From assembly GCA_043779265.1 (NCBI GenBank), contig JAYWEM010000179.1, forward strand, positions 1-52,671: DNA of 52,671 nt. The letters are read 5' to 3'. The notes under the pieces were generated by a model. It was given only the letters and a program-made list of their open reading frames with translations, was not told the DNA's origin and did not search any database. A program made the position numbers and the translations under genes. The stretch comes from a bacterium (lineage in GTDB: Bacteria > Eisenbacteria > RBG-16-71-46). Of the stretch, positions 26,806 to 35,931 are shown piece after piece (position 1 is the stretch's first letter; every line of letters begins with the position of its first letter).

Positions 26806-28211
26806 GACTCCCAGGGCAGACCCTCGAGCACCTGCTCGAGCGCCGCGCCGCGTGAGGCTTTGACGAGAACCACCACACCTGGCGCGAGTGCATCGCGCAG
26901 AGCAGCGGCAAGAGCGGTTTTGTCAGCGAAGGCCCGAGTCGAGACGCCCTTCGACTCGGCACCCTGCACATAGTCCGACGCATGGGCCCCGACCGTCCAC
27001 AACTCGGTCCCGCCCGCTGTAGCACCGGTCTCCCTGTGCAATTCGGCGGCGCGTTCGCCCAGTTCCAACATGTCGCCGAGCACTGCGATGCGGCGCTCCG
27101 CGCGTGGCCACGACGCGAGCGTCCCGAGCGCGAGTTGGGTCGCATCGGGGTTGGCGTTGTAGCAGTCCACGATCAGGGTCGCGCCGGAGGCCCGCTTCAC
27201 CTCCATCCGCCCCTTCATCGGACGATGGGCCTCGAGCGCCGCTGCGACCTTGTCGGGGTCGAGGCGATAGTGACGCGCCGCGGCGAGCGCGGCGAGCGCG
27301 TTCAGCACCTGATGGCGGCCGACCAGCTTGAGATGGATCGGCGGGAACCCCTCGAGCTCGATGCGGGAACCTTCGGCCCCGAGGTCCTCGACGCGCGAGG
27401 GCCGCACCGCCGCACCCTCGGACATCCCGTACGGGACGAGCAACGCGGACGTGCCCTTGAGCGCCGCCATCAATCGTTCGGAGTCGGCGCAGACGAAGGC
27501 CGGAGCGCCCGCCTTGAGCGCGATCGCGAGCGAGGCCTTCTCGCGGGCGATGCCCTCGAGCGAGCCCATGTGCTCGAGATGGGCGCTGCCTGCGTTCGTG
27601 ATCACCGCCGCAGCGGGCTTCGTGAACGCGGCCAGCGCGGCGATCTCGCCCGGGTGATTCATCGCCAACTCGATCACCGCGACCTGATGCTCCCGCCGCA
27701 GCGCGAGGAGTGTGAGCGGAACGCCCCAGTGGTTGTTGAGATTGCCCTCGGTGCGCAGCGTCGGCGCCGAGGTCGAGAAGGCGGCAGCCAGCAGTTCCTT
27801 GGTCGTCGTCTTGCCGGCGCTGCCGGTCACGCCGATCACCAGGCCGGGCCACAAGCCGCGCAGGCGACCGGCGATCTTCTGGAGGGCGACGGTCACATCG
27901 GGCACGACGATCAGCGGACCGAGCGGGACGTCGGCGATCCTCGGATGGACGTCCCGACGGCAGAGTGCAGCGCCCGCGCCCTTCGCGAACGCCTCATCGA
28001 GGAACGCGTGCCCGTCGACGTTCAGGCCGGGTAGCGGCACGAACAACATGCCGGGCACGATCGCGCGCGAGTCGAGCGTGGCGCCGGTGATGCCGCTGGC
28101 GAGCAGCGCCTCACGTGCCTGTGGGTCGCGCGGGGCCTCACGCACGACGAGATCGCCCTGCGCCCACTGTGCCAATTGGACCAGCGTGATGAGCGGCGGC
28201 TCCGCACTCAC
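26802..28211 (-). CDS. murF: UDP-MurNAc-tripeptide--D-Ala-D-Ala ligase
   Basis: GSAGKTTTKE, NLNNHWGVP, DCYNANP, GDMLELG, KASRG. Confidence 0.97.
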   Translation of the reverse strand: MSAEPPLITLVQLAQWAQGDLVVREAPRDPQAREALLASGITGATLDSRAIVPGMLFVPLPGLNVDGHAFLDEAFAKGAGAALCRRDVHPRIADVPLGPLIVVPDVTVALQKIAGRLRGLWPGLVIGVTGSAGKTTTKELLAAAFSTSAPTLRTEGNLNNHWGVPLTLLALRREHQVAVIELAMNHPGEIAALAAFTKPAAAVITNAGSAHLEHMGSLEGIAREKASLAIALKAGAPAFVCADSERLMAALKGTSALLVPYGMSEGAAVRPSRVEDLGAEGSRIELEGFPPIHLKLVGRHQVLNALAALAAARHYRLDPDKVAAALEAHRPMKGRMEVKRASGATLIVDCYNANPDATQLALGTLASWPRAERRIAVLGDMLELGERAAELHRETGATAGGTELWTVGAHASDYVQGAESKGVSTRAFADKTALAAALRDALAPGVVVLVKASRGAALEQVLEGLPWES

Positions 28212-29692
28212 GAGGCGCTCCCTCCCGCATGCGAGACGAGCCACTCGCGCGCGACCGCGCGGTCATCGAAGGCGTGCACCTGGTCGCCGATCGTCTGAGT
28301 CGTCTCGTGGCCCTTGCCCGCGATCAGCACCAGGTCGCCGCTTCGAGCGCGCGCGATCGCCTCGCCGATCGCCGCGCGCCGGTCGAGCACCACGCCCAGT
28401 TCGGCGGCCCCAGCGCCCGCAGCGATCTCGAGCGCGATGTGCGCGGGATCCTCGCTGCGGGGATTGTCGTTGGTGATCCACGCCGCGTCCGAACCGGCAG
28501 CCGCGATCGCGCCCATCTGCGGCCGCTTGCCGCGGTCGCGGTCACCACCGCATCCGAACACCAGCAGCAAACGCCCCGTCGCATGCTCGCGGCAGGCGGC
28601 GATCGCCCGCTCCAGCGCATCCGGCGTGTGGGCGTAGTCCACCACGACGCTGAACGCCTGCCCCGACTCCACGCGCTCCAGCCGGCCCGGCACCGAGGGG
28701 GCGGCCTCGAGCCCCTGTCGGATCGCGTCCTCAGGGAGTCCGATCGCGCGAGCAGCACCCCATGCCGCTGCGGCGTTCGAGGTGTTGAAGCGACCGAGCA
28801 ACGGCAGGTTCACGACGTGATCGCGGCCGGAATCGGTGAGCGCGAAGCGCAGCCCGCCGGGCGCCGCTTCGATGCCGTGGATCCGGACATCCGCATGCGC
28901 GGCCTCGCCGAAGCGTGTGATGCGGCTGCCGCCTCGTGTCGCGGCGGCCTCGAACACGGCTGCCGCGGGATCGTCCACATTGATCACCGAGGTGGCGGGC
29001 CGATCATCGCCACCGTTCCGGCCATCGAACAGCATGCACTTGGCATCCCGGTAGGCTTCCATCGTGCCATGGAAGTCGAGATGGTCCTGCGTCAGGTTGG
29101 TGAACACCGCAGCATCCACCGCGAGTCCACGCGTGCGCTGCTGCACGAGCGCGTGGCTGCTCGCCTCGAGCGCCACCACACGTACCTGGGACTTGCGCAT
29201 GTCGGCGAGCAGCGCGAAGAGGTCGGGGGCCTCGGGCGTCGTGAAGGCCGAGGCGCGCGCCTCGCCCGCGATCCGGATGCCCGTCGTGCCGATGACGCCA
29301 CTCCTCCAACCCGCCGCGGAGAAGATGGACTCGAGCAACCTCGTGGTGGTCGTCTTGCCGTTCGTTCCGGTCACCGCCACGACACGAAGGCCCTGCGCCG
29401 GGTCGCCGTGAAAGGCACGGGCCGCCTCGGCCATGGCGCGCCTCGCGTCGGCAGCGAGCACGAAGGGCGCACCGAGCGCGTCGATCGCCGACTCGCCGAC
29501 CACCGCAACCGCCCCCGCCTCGATCGCGGCGAGTGCGAAGCGGGCCCCGTCGGCGTGTTGGCCCGGCAATGCGAAGAAGAGATCGCCCGGCCGCACGCGG
29601 CGGGAATCGAGCGCGAGCCCGGTCACTTCGAGCGCGGGCCCCACCGGGAGCGTCGTGCCGGACATCGCGGCCACGAGCGCCGCCAGCGTCAC
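28208..29692 (-). CDS. murE: UDP-MurNAc-dipeptide--meso-diaminopimelate ligase
   Basis: GTNGKTTT, TTPE, DYAHTPD, DNPR (mDAP-specificity motif), GKGHE. Confidence 0.97.
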   Translation of the reverse strand: MTLAALVAAMSGTTLPVGPALEVTGLALDSRRVRPGDLFFALPGQHADGARFALAAIEAGAVAVVGESAIDALGAPFVLAADARRAMAEAARAFHGDPAQGLRVVAVTGTNGKTTTTRLLESIFSAAGWRSGVIGTTGIRIAGEARASAFTTPEAPDLFALLADMRKSQVRVVALEASSHALVQQRTRGLAVDAAVFTNLTQDHLDFHGTMEAYRDAKCMLFDGRNGGDDRPATSVINVDDPAAAVFEAAATRGGSRITRFGEAAHADVRIHGIEAAPGGLRFALTDSGRDHVVNLPLLGRFNTSNAAAAWGAARAIGLPEDAIRQGLEAAPSVPGRLERVESGQAFSVVVDYAHTPDALERAIAACREHATGRLLLVFGCGGDRDRGKRPQMGAIAAAGSDAAWITNDNPRSEDPAHIALEIAAGAGAAELGVVLDRRAAIGEAIARARSGDLVLIAGKGHETTQTIGDQVHAFDDRAVAREWLVSHAGGSAS

Positions 29693-31833
29693 GGACGCCG
29701 GCCCGTGTGGGTCGCGACGCGCGTCTGCTCGGTCGCGCGATCGGCGGTCGGCGGAACCGGGGAACACTCGATCCGGCACGTTCCCTTCAGCGGCAGCGGC
29801 GTCCCCGCGGGGGGATCCTGGCGCACCACCAATCCCGTGCCGCGCACACTCGAGGGCACCGAATGCGACGACAACAATCGGAGTGCCTCACGAGCCGAGA
29901 GCCCGATCAGATCCGGCAGGCGCTGGCCCGTGGAATCGCTCGGCGCCGAGAGGTGGGCGACGACCGCCGCCCCGCGTTCGACCGGCTGACCCGCGGCCGG
30001 CGACTGCGACAGGACGCGTGGACCCGTGCCGAGGAAATCGCCTCGCAATCCTGCATCACGCAATCGCCGCTCGGCCTCGCGGATCGGCAGCAGACGCAGG
30101 TCGGGGGCGATCACCTCGGGCACCGCGGGCGGACGGGCCGCGATCGCCGAGGGCTTCCCTTCGAGCATCCGCGAGGGCGAGCGGAGCAGGTCGAGCACGA
30201 TCTCGCGGAACACCGGTGCCGCCACCTGACCACCGTAGTACTGACCGGCGCGCGGCTCGTCGATCACGACCACACCGACCAGGCGCGGGTCCTCGGCGGG
30301 TGCGAACCCGGCGAACGAACCGATGTACATGCCGGCGCCATAGCGCTTCGTGCGCGGATCGAACTTCTGCGCCGTGCCCGTCTTGCCCGCGACCGAGAGG
30401 CTGGGGACTCCAGCCCGAGTCGCCGTTCCGCTGTCCACGACCGCCGTGAGCATGCGCCGGAGCGCCTCGGTGGTCTGCGGCTGGAAGACTCGATGGGATG
30501 GCTGCGGGGACCAGCGGCGGTTCACGCGGCCATCGGAGTCGCGCAGTTCGCGCATCAGCTGCGGCTCCATCAGCACGCCTCCGTTCGCGATCGCGCCATA
30601 GGCGAGTGCGAGCTGGAGCGGCGTGACCGACAGCTCGTGACCGATCGAGATCGTCGGCGTCGAGCGCGGTTGCCATGCGCTGACGGGGCGCAGGCGACCC
30701 GCCGTCTCACCCGGGAACTCCAGACCCGTCAGGCTGCCGAAGCCGAGGGACGTCGAGTAGCGGTGCAATCGTTCGGCACCCAATCGCACGCCCAGCTTGC
30801 CGAGAACGATGTTGCTCGACTCCACCATCGAGTCGAAGAACGTGTAGCCCGCGCGGCCGTGGGAATCCTTGATGAAGCAACCGGGCACGATCTCGACCCG
30901 TCCATGGGTCGACGCCGTGAAGTACTCGTCCAATCGCGCCAGACGCTCTTCGATCACGGCGCCGGCGGTCACCACCTTGAATGTGGAACCCGGTTCGTAC
31001 TGGTCGGTGAAGTTCCAGTTCTTCGCCTTCCCCGCCTCGAGGTGCGGGTAGCACGCGGAGGCGAGGATCTCGCCGGTCCACGGATCCATGAACAGCGCGA
31101 AGCCACGCACGGCGTCGAGCGAGTCAACGGCCTTCGCGAGGTGGTGCTCGACGATCTGCTGCAGTTCGGCGTCGATCGTCAGTTGGAGCGTTGCGCCGTC
31201 TCGCGCGGCGCGCCGCTCCGCTCCCGGCAGCAGCAGTTGCACCGAGGATCTCCCACCCGTGGGCACGAGCGTGACCCATCCGGTCTGGCCGCCGAGTTCC
31301 TGATCGAACTGGTACTCCAGGCCATCGACCCCGACGTTGTCGCGATTCGTGCGACCGAGCACTTCGAGCGTGGCATCCCCGAGCGGATACTGGCGGCGCG
31401 TCTCATCCTCGACCGCGATCCCCTCGATGCGCAGCGCTCGGATGCGCGCACCGACCTCCGGCGCCAGATCGCGCTTGAGCCAGTGGTAGCCTCGATCGCC
31501 GGAGAGTGTCCGCTTGAGCACCTTGGCGTCGATGCCGAGCAGCGGAGCCAGCTCACGCGCGGCGCGACCCGCGTCGGTGAGCTGGGGGCGATAGACCGCG
31601 ACATGGCTCACTCGCATGTCCCGCGCCAGCACGCGCCCCTTGCGGTCCCGCAACTCCCCCCGCTTCGGGAGGACCTTCTTGCGGACCTGCTGATTCTCCT
31701 GGGCGCGAGCCTCGTACTGCCCGTGCCGGACCGTCTGGATCCAAGCGGCGCGGATCCAGAGGGTTGCGAGAATCATGAAGAGGCCGGCCGCCACCACGAG
31801 CACCCGACTCTTGCGCATATCCTTGTGGGCCAA
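29689..31833 (-). CDS. ftsI: Class B PBP FtsI with two C-terminal PASTA domains
   Basis: RGELRDR, EPGSTFK (SxxK), SSN, KTGTAQK and two PDL.....EA PASTA repeats. The start is uncertain (TTG 31833 after GGAGGG, or ATG 31818). Confidence 0.95.
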   Translation of the reverse strand: MAHKDMRKSRVLVVAAGLFMILATLWIRAAWIQTVRHGQYEARAQENQQVRKKVLPKRGELRDRKGRVLARDMRVSHVAVYRPQLTDAGRAARELAPLLGIDAKVLKRTLSGDRGYHWLKRDLAPEVGARIRALRIEGIAVEDETRRQYPLGDATLEVLGRTNRDNVGVDGLEYQFDQELGGQTGWVTLVPTGGRSSVQLLLPGAERRAARDGATLQLTIDAELQQIVEHHLAKAVDSLDAVRGFALFMDPWTGEILASACYPHLEAGKAKNWNFTDQYEPGSTFKVVTAGAVIEERLARLDEYFTASTHGRVEIVPGCFIKDSHGRAGYTFFDSMVESSNIVLGKLGVRLGAERLHRYSTSLGFGSLTGLEFPGETAGRLRPVSAWQPRSTPTISIGHELSVTPLQLALAYGAIANGGVLMEPQLMRELRDSDGRVNRRWSPQPSHRVFQPQTTEALRRMLTAVVDSGTATRAGVPSLSVAGKTGTAQKFDPRTKRYGAGMYIGSFAGFAPAEDPRLVGVVVIDEPRAGQYYGGQVAAPVFREIVLDLLRSPSRMLEGKPSAIAARPPAVPEVIAPDLRLLPIREAERRLRDAGLRGDFLGTGPRVLSQSPAAGQPVERGAAVVAHLSAPSDSTGQRLPDLIGLSAREALRLLSSHSVPSSVRGTGLVVRQDPPAGTPLPLKGTCRIECSPVPPTADRATEQTRVATHTGRRP

Positions 31834-31938
31834 GGTTCCCTCCGTGGAACGGCGGTTCACGCTGACCGCCAGCCCGACTTGCGCGGTGCCGTGGCGCGGC
31901 CGGCTCACCCGAGACCGGTCGTCCGTTTGGACTCCCGA

Positions 31939-32370
31939 TCAGTTCACGTCCCGACCTCGTGCTGCCGCATCGGGTACCAACGGCGACAGCGTGCGCCCGA
32001 TCGTCGCCAGCAGCCCGCGCGGTGCACTCTCGACCTCGATCTCGGCGCTCGCCAGGTACTCACCGGGCAGGGCGACGAACTGCTGCGTATCGGTCGGCCG
32101 CAGTCCGAGTTCCGCCGCCATCGGCGCGACGCCTTCGCGGTCCAGACCATCCTCGCGAACCGTGAAGGTCCACTCCAGTTCCGCGGTCGCCAACTGCAGC
32201 TTGCGCGTGGTCTCGCTCGTCTGGACGCTCAGACTCCGAACGGTCGAGGACTGCCAGACATCGAGCAGGAGCATCGCCAACAGCGCGAGCGCCCCGAGCA
32301 CGGGACGGAGGGGGAACTCCCGGCCCTCGGGCCGGCGCCACGAGGGGACATCGCGACGATTGGGACTCAT
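31939..32370 (-). CDS. ftsL: FtsL-like cell division protein
   Basis: Short bitopic protein (TM, coiled coil, A.ELGL) between rsmH and ftsI. ATGA overlap with rsmH. Confidence 0.7.
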   Translation of the reverse strand: MSPNRRDVPSWRRPEGREFPLRPVLGALALLAMLLLDVWQSSTVRSLSVQTSETTRKLQLATAELEWTFTVREDGLDREGVAPMAAELGLRPTDTQQFVALPGEYLASAEIEVESAPRGLLATIGRTLSPLVPDAAARGRDVN

Positions 32371-33284
32371 CGAGGCCTCCTGCGGAAAGCACGGAGCCGC
32401 GCACTGCGTGCACGCGGATTGGACGATTGTTCCTCTTCCGAGGGGACGACGACTCGGCGGGTCAGCTCTTCCCAAGCACTGGTCGAGGCGTCCTCGACGA
32501 CCGGACGGCGACGGACATCGAGACGCGGCGCCGGCCGAAGCGCCAGCTTCACGCGACGGTCCTCGCCCGAGTGGTACGACAGGGTCACGACGACACCGCC
32601 GTCGCGCATCGCGCTCGGCAACCATTCGAGAGCGGCGTCGACGTGGGCGAACTCATCGTTCACCCAGATGCGGAGCGCCTGGAACACGGGAGCCAGCGTG
32701 CCCGGTCGCGAGTCGCCCAGCGTGCGTTCGACCACCGCAGCCAGCGCACGGGTCCCGTTCAACCGGCCGGCCTGATGTTCGGAGAGGATCGCGCGGGCCA
32801 GACGGCCCGCACCTCGGAGGTCGCCGTACTCGCGCAGCACTCGCGCGAGCTCGGCAGGCTCGGTGTGCGTCAGACGCTGGGACAGGGACTCGCCGCGCGA
32901 GGCATCCATGCGCAGGTCGAGCGGTCCTTCGTGCATGAAGCTCATTCCGCGCGAGGGATCGTCGATCTGTCTCGAGGACAGACCGAAGTCGAACAGGGCC
33001 CCGGCGAGCAGTTCCCCGCCCGCCTCACGGTGGGCGTTCGGAAGTTCCGAGAACGTCGCATACGCGAAGGTCACACGCCCCCCGAACGGTGCGAGGCGCT
33101 GCCGTGAGAAAGCGAGCGCCTCGAGATCGCGGTCGCAGGCGAGCAGGCGGACCTCGGGATCGGCCGAGAGCAGCGCGAACGCATGCCCCCCGTCGCCGAG
33201 AGTCGCATCGAGATGGAGTCCTCCCCCAGGCTGCACGAACGCGAGCGTCTCGCGGACCAGCACGGGCTCATGACGCGCACTCAT
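32367..33284 (-). CDS. rsmH: 16S rRNA m4C1402 methyltransferase
   Basis: HEPVL, DATLGDGGH, PLDLRMD, FQALRIWVN, SYHSGEDR, NPRARSARLR. Confidence 0.97.
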   Translation of the reverse strand: MSARHEPVLVRETLAFVQPGGGLHLDATLGDGGHAFALLSADPEVRLLACDRDLEALAFSRQRLAPFGGRVTFAYATFSELPNAHREAGGELLAGALFDFGLSSRQIDDPSRGMSFMHEGPLDLRMDASRGESLSQRLTHTEPAELARVLREYGDLRGAGRLARAILSEHQAGRLNGTRALAAVVERTLGDSRPGTLAPVFQALRIWVNDEFAHVDAALEWLPSAMRDGGVVVTLSYHSGEDRRVKLALRPAPRLDVRRRPVVEDASTSAWEELTRRVVVPSEEEQSSNPRARSARLRAFRRRPR

Positions 33285-33723
33285 TCGTGGACTCGTGGGT
33301 CGCGGTGGGACTGGTCCACAGCTCCTCGACCGAGGGCCAGCAGCGAAGCTGCGGCTCACAACCGGCGAGGCGCAGGAGATCACGCAGATAGTGTGAGAGG
33401 CCGCACAGCACCGTCGCGCCGGCGCGCGCCTCGAACTGCACCAGTGAGCCGACGAGCCTTGGAACCAGGCGGTAGTCGACGTGGCGCAGCTGGCTGCAAT
33501 CGACCACGAGCTGGGAGACGCCACGCGCCGCGATCTCGGCCAGGGTCTCCTCGATGCGCCGCTCGGCCGACAGATCGATCCAACCGCGCAGCGCGAGCAC
33601 GGCGACGCGCCCCTGCGGACGGTCATGCCACTCGATGCGGCCGGAGGCCCCGTGACGGCCGCGCGTGAATTGGAGATTCACGGCCGTCTGCGGCGATCCT
33701 CTGTCGGGAAGCGAGACCATCAC
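33268..33723 (-). CDS. STAS-domain protein (anti-anti-sigma-like)
   Basis: VLALRGWID...LVVDCSQLRHVD...LCGLS..LRDLLRLAG. It overlaps the mraZ stop and the rsmH start. Confidence 0.8.
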   Translation of the reverse strand: MMVSLPDRGSPQTAVNLQFTRGRHGASGRIEWHDRPQGRVAVLALRGWIDLSAERRIEETLAEIAARGVSQLVVDCSQLRHVDYRLVPRLVGSLVQFEARAGATVLCGLSHYLRDLLRLAGCEPQLRCWPSVEELWTSPTATHESTNECAS

Positions 33724-34172
33724 CCGAGTCCCCCCAGGACTTCCTCTCCAAGTGCATCGAGGTCTGCCTGCGCGGGCTCGACCGCTTCACGGAAGCGATC
33801 CGGCGCCCACAACTCGATGCGTCCGACTTGGCCGTGCAGGACGGCTTCCTTGCCGAGACCTGCACGGCTCATCAGTGGCGGCGGAATGGTGATCCGTCCT
33901 TGGGCGTCCACCGCCACTTTGCTGGCTCCGACGAGGAAGGCTCTCGCGAACTGACGCTCCTTTGCGCGACCGGTCGAGAGTTTGCGAAGGCGTTCCTCGA
34001 AATGCACCCAGTCCTCGTCCGCATAGAGCCAGAGACAGCCATCGAGCCCACCGACGAGAACGAACTGCGTGAGAGGTTGCTTGCGACCTGGCACTTTGCG
34101 ACTCGATGCGGGGATGACGATGCGTCCCTTGTCGTCGATCGAGTAGGTGTTGGTGCCGTAGAAGGTCGCCAT
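33720..34172 (-). CDS. mraZ: Division/cell wall cluster repressor MraZ
   Basis: Two SpoVT-AbrB motifs, DDKGRIVIP and DAQGRITIP, plus RIELW. Confidence 0.96.
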   Translation of the reverse strand: MATFYGTNTYSIDDKGRIVIPASSRKVPGRKQPLTQFVLVGGLDGCLWLYADEDWVHFEERLRKLSTGRAKERQFARAFLVGASKVAVDAQGRITIPPPLMSRAGLGKEAVLHGQVGRIELWAPDRFREAVEPAQADLDALGEEVLGGLG

Positions 34173-34198
34173 GCGTTTTCCTGGGGCTGGGCCGGTTC

Positions 34199-34233
34199 GA
34201 CATTTTCTCCCCGGAACCCCCATTTCCTCCCAC
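34199..34233 (-). promoter_or_regulatory. MraZ operator (dcw boxes)
   Basis: Minus strand GTGGG, ATGGG, CGGGG and degenerate ATGTC at exact 10-bp spacing just downstream of the -10 box. Confidence 0.7.
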
Positions 34234-34240
34234 AAGCCGC

Positions 34241-34269
34241 AATGTAGACCGGGGCTTCGGGAGAGTCAA
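34241..34269 (-). promoter_or_regulatory. dcw promoter (Pmra)
   Basis: TTGACT-N17-TACATT. Confidence 0.8.
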
Positions 34270-34359
34270 TCGTTTTTCATCGCATCGTGCGATGGGGCCT
34301 CGACTTGCACGGGTGTGCAGGGAGACCGGGGGACGATTCGCGGCGCTTCGCAGGGGCCT

Positions 34360-35931
34360 TCAGTCGGCCCCGGTCGCCAGGTGCCTTCGGATCGAGTCGG
34401 CGACGACCCAGTCGATCCGGTAGATCGTGTAGACCGCGGCGCCAGGGCGCGCGATGCCGAGATTGGGAAGCGAGGCGTGGCCGACCGGCGTGAGCGCCGG
34501 TGCGAACGGACTGCGATCCAGCAGATCGAATGGGCGAGGCGCTCGGTCCATCAGCACCTCGGGGCGCGCGACCTTGGCGAACTCGAACTGCGCGACGGCA
34601 TCCTCCTGCGGCATGCGCGCGAGGATCGGGACCATCCCGGGAGTGACGAGCCCCGCGAGGTCGAGCACTCGCCGCTCGCTGAAGTAGCCGACCGCGCCGA
34701 TATCCGGCGCGGCGACCACGGCGTCGCGAGCGGTGTTCTCCCGGAACCACTTCCCCCACGGGATCAGGCTGGCTCGCATGCCGGCACTGAGCGAGTCCAC
34801 CTGGGGCACGACCTTCTGCTGGTGGACGAGCAGATTGGGCACGACGCTCAACAGCATGAGCCCGAGACCGAGCAGCGCGGCTCCGCGCCGGTCCTCGCGA
34901 CGCGGCGCATTGCCGCTCCACCACCGCTCGACCGCCCACCACGAGAGCCAGGCGAGGATCGGCATGATCGGCAGCAGGTAGCGCGAGAGCACCGGCACAC
35001 CGCGCATCGTGTAGAGCAGGGGCAGCGCCGCCACCCACACCCAGGGCAGCAGGCGCTGCGCCTGCCATTGCCCACGGCCCGGCCACACACGTGCGCCCGC
35101 GAACACGAGTGCCGCCACGAGGGCACCCGCCAATGCCGCATCGGTGGCGCCGACGATCTGCGCCTGACGCATCAGCTGCTCGGCGATGTAGTCCCAACCC
35201 TCCCCGCCCGCCACCTTCGCGGCGAGTGTGTTGGGCCAGAACGAGCCGAACGTGAGCCGCGCATAGAGCAACCAGCCGCCGTAGATGATCGCCGGCGGCA
35301 GCGCTCCGAACAGCAGCCGTCGGATGCCGGCTCGCGAGTCCGTGTCGATGATGAGGAAGATCCCCCACAGGACGAGCAGGAACACCGCCTCGGGCCGGGT
35401 CAGCGCCGCGAGTGCCCAGAGCGCGCCGGTCCGCACCGGTCGCGACCCCCATTGCTTGCCCTCGGTGAATGCGACGAACCCCGCGAGCACGAGCGCCACT
35501 GCCAGCGGTGTCTCCATCCCGGAGACCGACCAGCGCGACATCCACGCGTGGCTCGCCCACGTGACGACACCGAACGCGCGCAGCTCGGGCATGCGCAGAT
35601 CGCGCCGCAGCAACTGCAGGAAGAGGATCACCGACCAGATCGTCGCGATCGCGCCGAGGCCCTTGGCGACCATCAGGCCGTCCAGTCCGAGAGCGATACC
35701 ATCGGCGATCAGCGCCACCCACAGCGGACTCGTGCTGCCGTACACGTTCTCGCCCGGGTTGAACACGAAGCCGTTGCCGGCGGCGAGGTTCTTGGCGTAC
35801 TGCAGGTGGATGTACGTGTCGTCGGTGATGTAGCCGCGCAGCGGCCACATCAGCGCCACCACCAGCAAGAGGGCGATCGCGAGCCCGAACTTCTCGATTC
35901 GGGTGAGCGGTCCGTTCTCGGTCAGGATCAC
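34360..35931 (-). CDS. Polytopic GT-C-fold glycosyltransferase (AftB/ArnT-like)
   Basis: First-loop DD motif ITDDTYIHLQYA.N...G.G..FNPGE.VYGSTSPLW, SGMETPL, TRPE, PNT..AK, RYLLP, D..GL. Confidence 0.75.
   Translation of the reverse strand: MILTENGPLTRIEKFGLAIALLLVVALMWPLRGYITDDTYIHLQYAKNLAAGNGFVFNPGENVYGSTSPLWVALIADGIALGLDGLMVAKGLGAIATIWSVILFLQLLRRDLRMPELRAFGVVTWASHAWMSRWSVSGMETPLAVALVLAGFVAFTEGKQWGSRPVRTGALWALAALTRPEAVFLLVLWGIFLIIDTDSRAGIRRLLFGALPPAIIYGGWLLYARLTFGSFWPNTLAAKVAGGEGWDYIAEQLMRQAQIVGATDAALAGALVAALVFAGARVWPGRGQWQAQRLLPWVWVAALPLLYTMRGVPVLSRYLLPIMPILAWLSWWAVERWWSGNAPRREDRRGAALLGLGLMLLSVVPNLLVHQQKVVPQVDSLSAGMRASLIPWGKWFRENTARDAVVAAPDIGAVGYFSERRVLDLAGLVTPGMVPILARMPQEDAVAQFEFAKVARPEVLMDRAPRPFDLLDRSPFAPALTPVGHASLPNLGIARPGAAVYTIYRIDWVVADSIRRHLATGAD

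Noticed and set aside
29533..32775. 1080-aa plus-strand ORF, and similar ones at 21001-23274, 18069-19724 and 28229-29989
   Set aside because: They lie antisense to unambiguous dcw genes and have no domain signatures.
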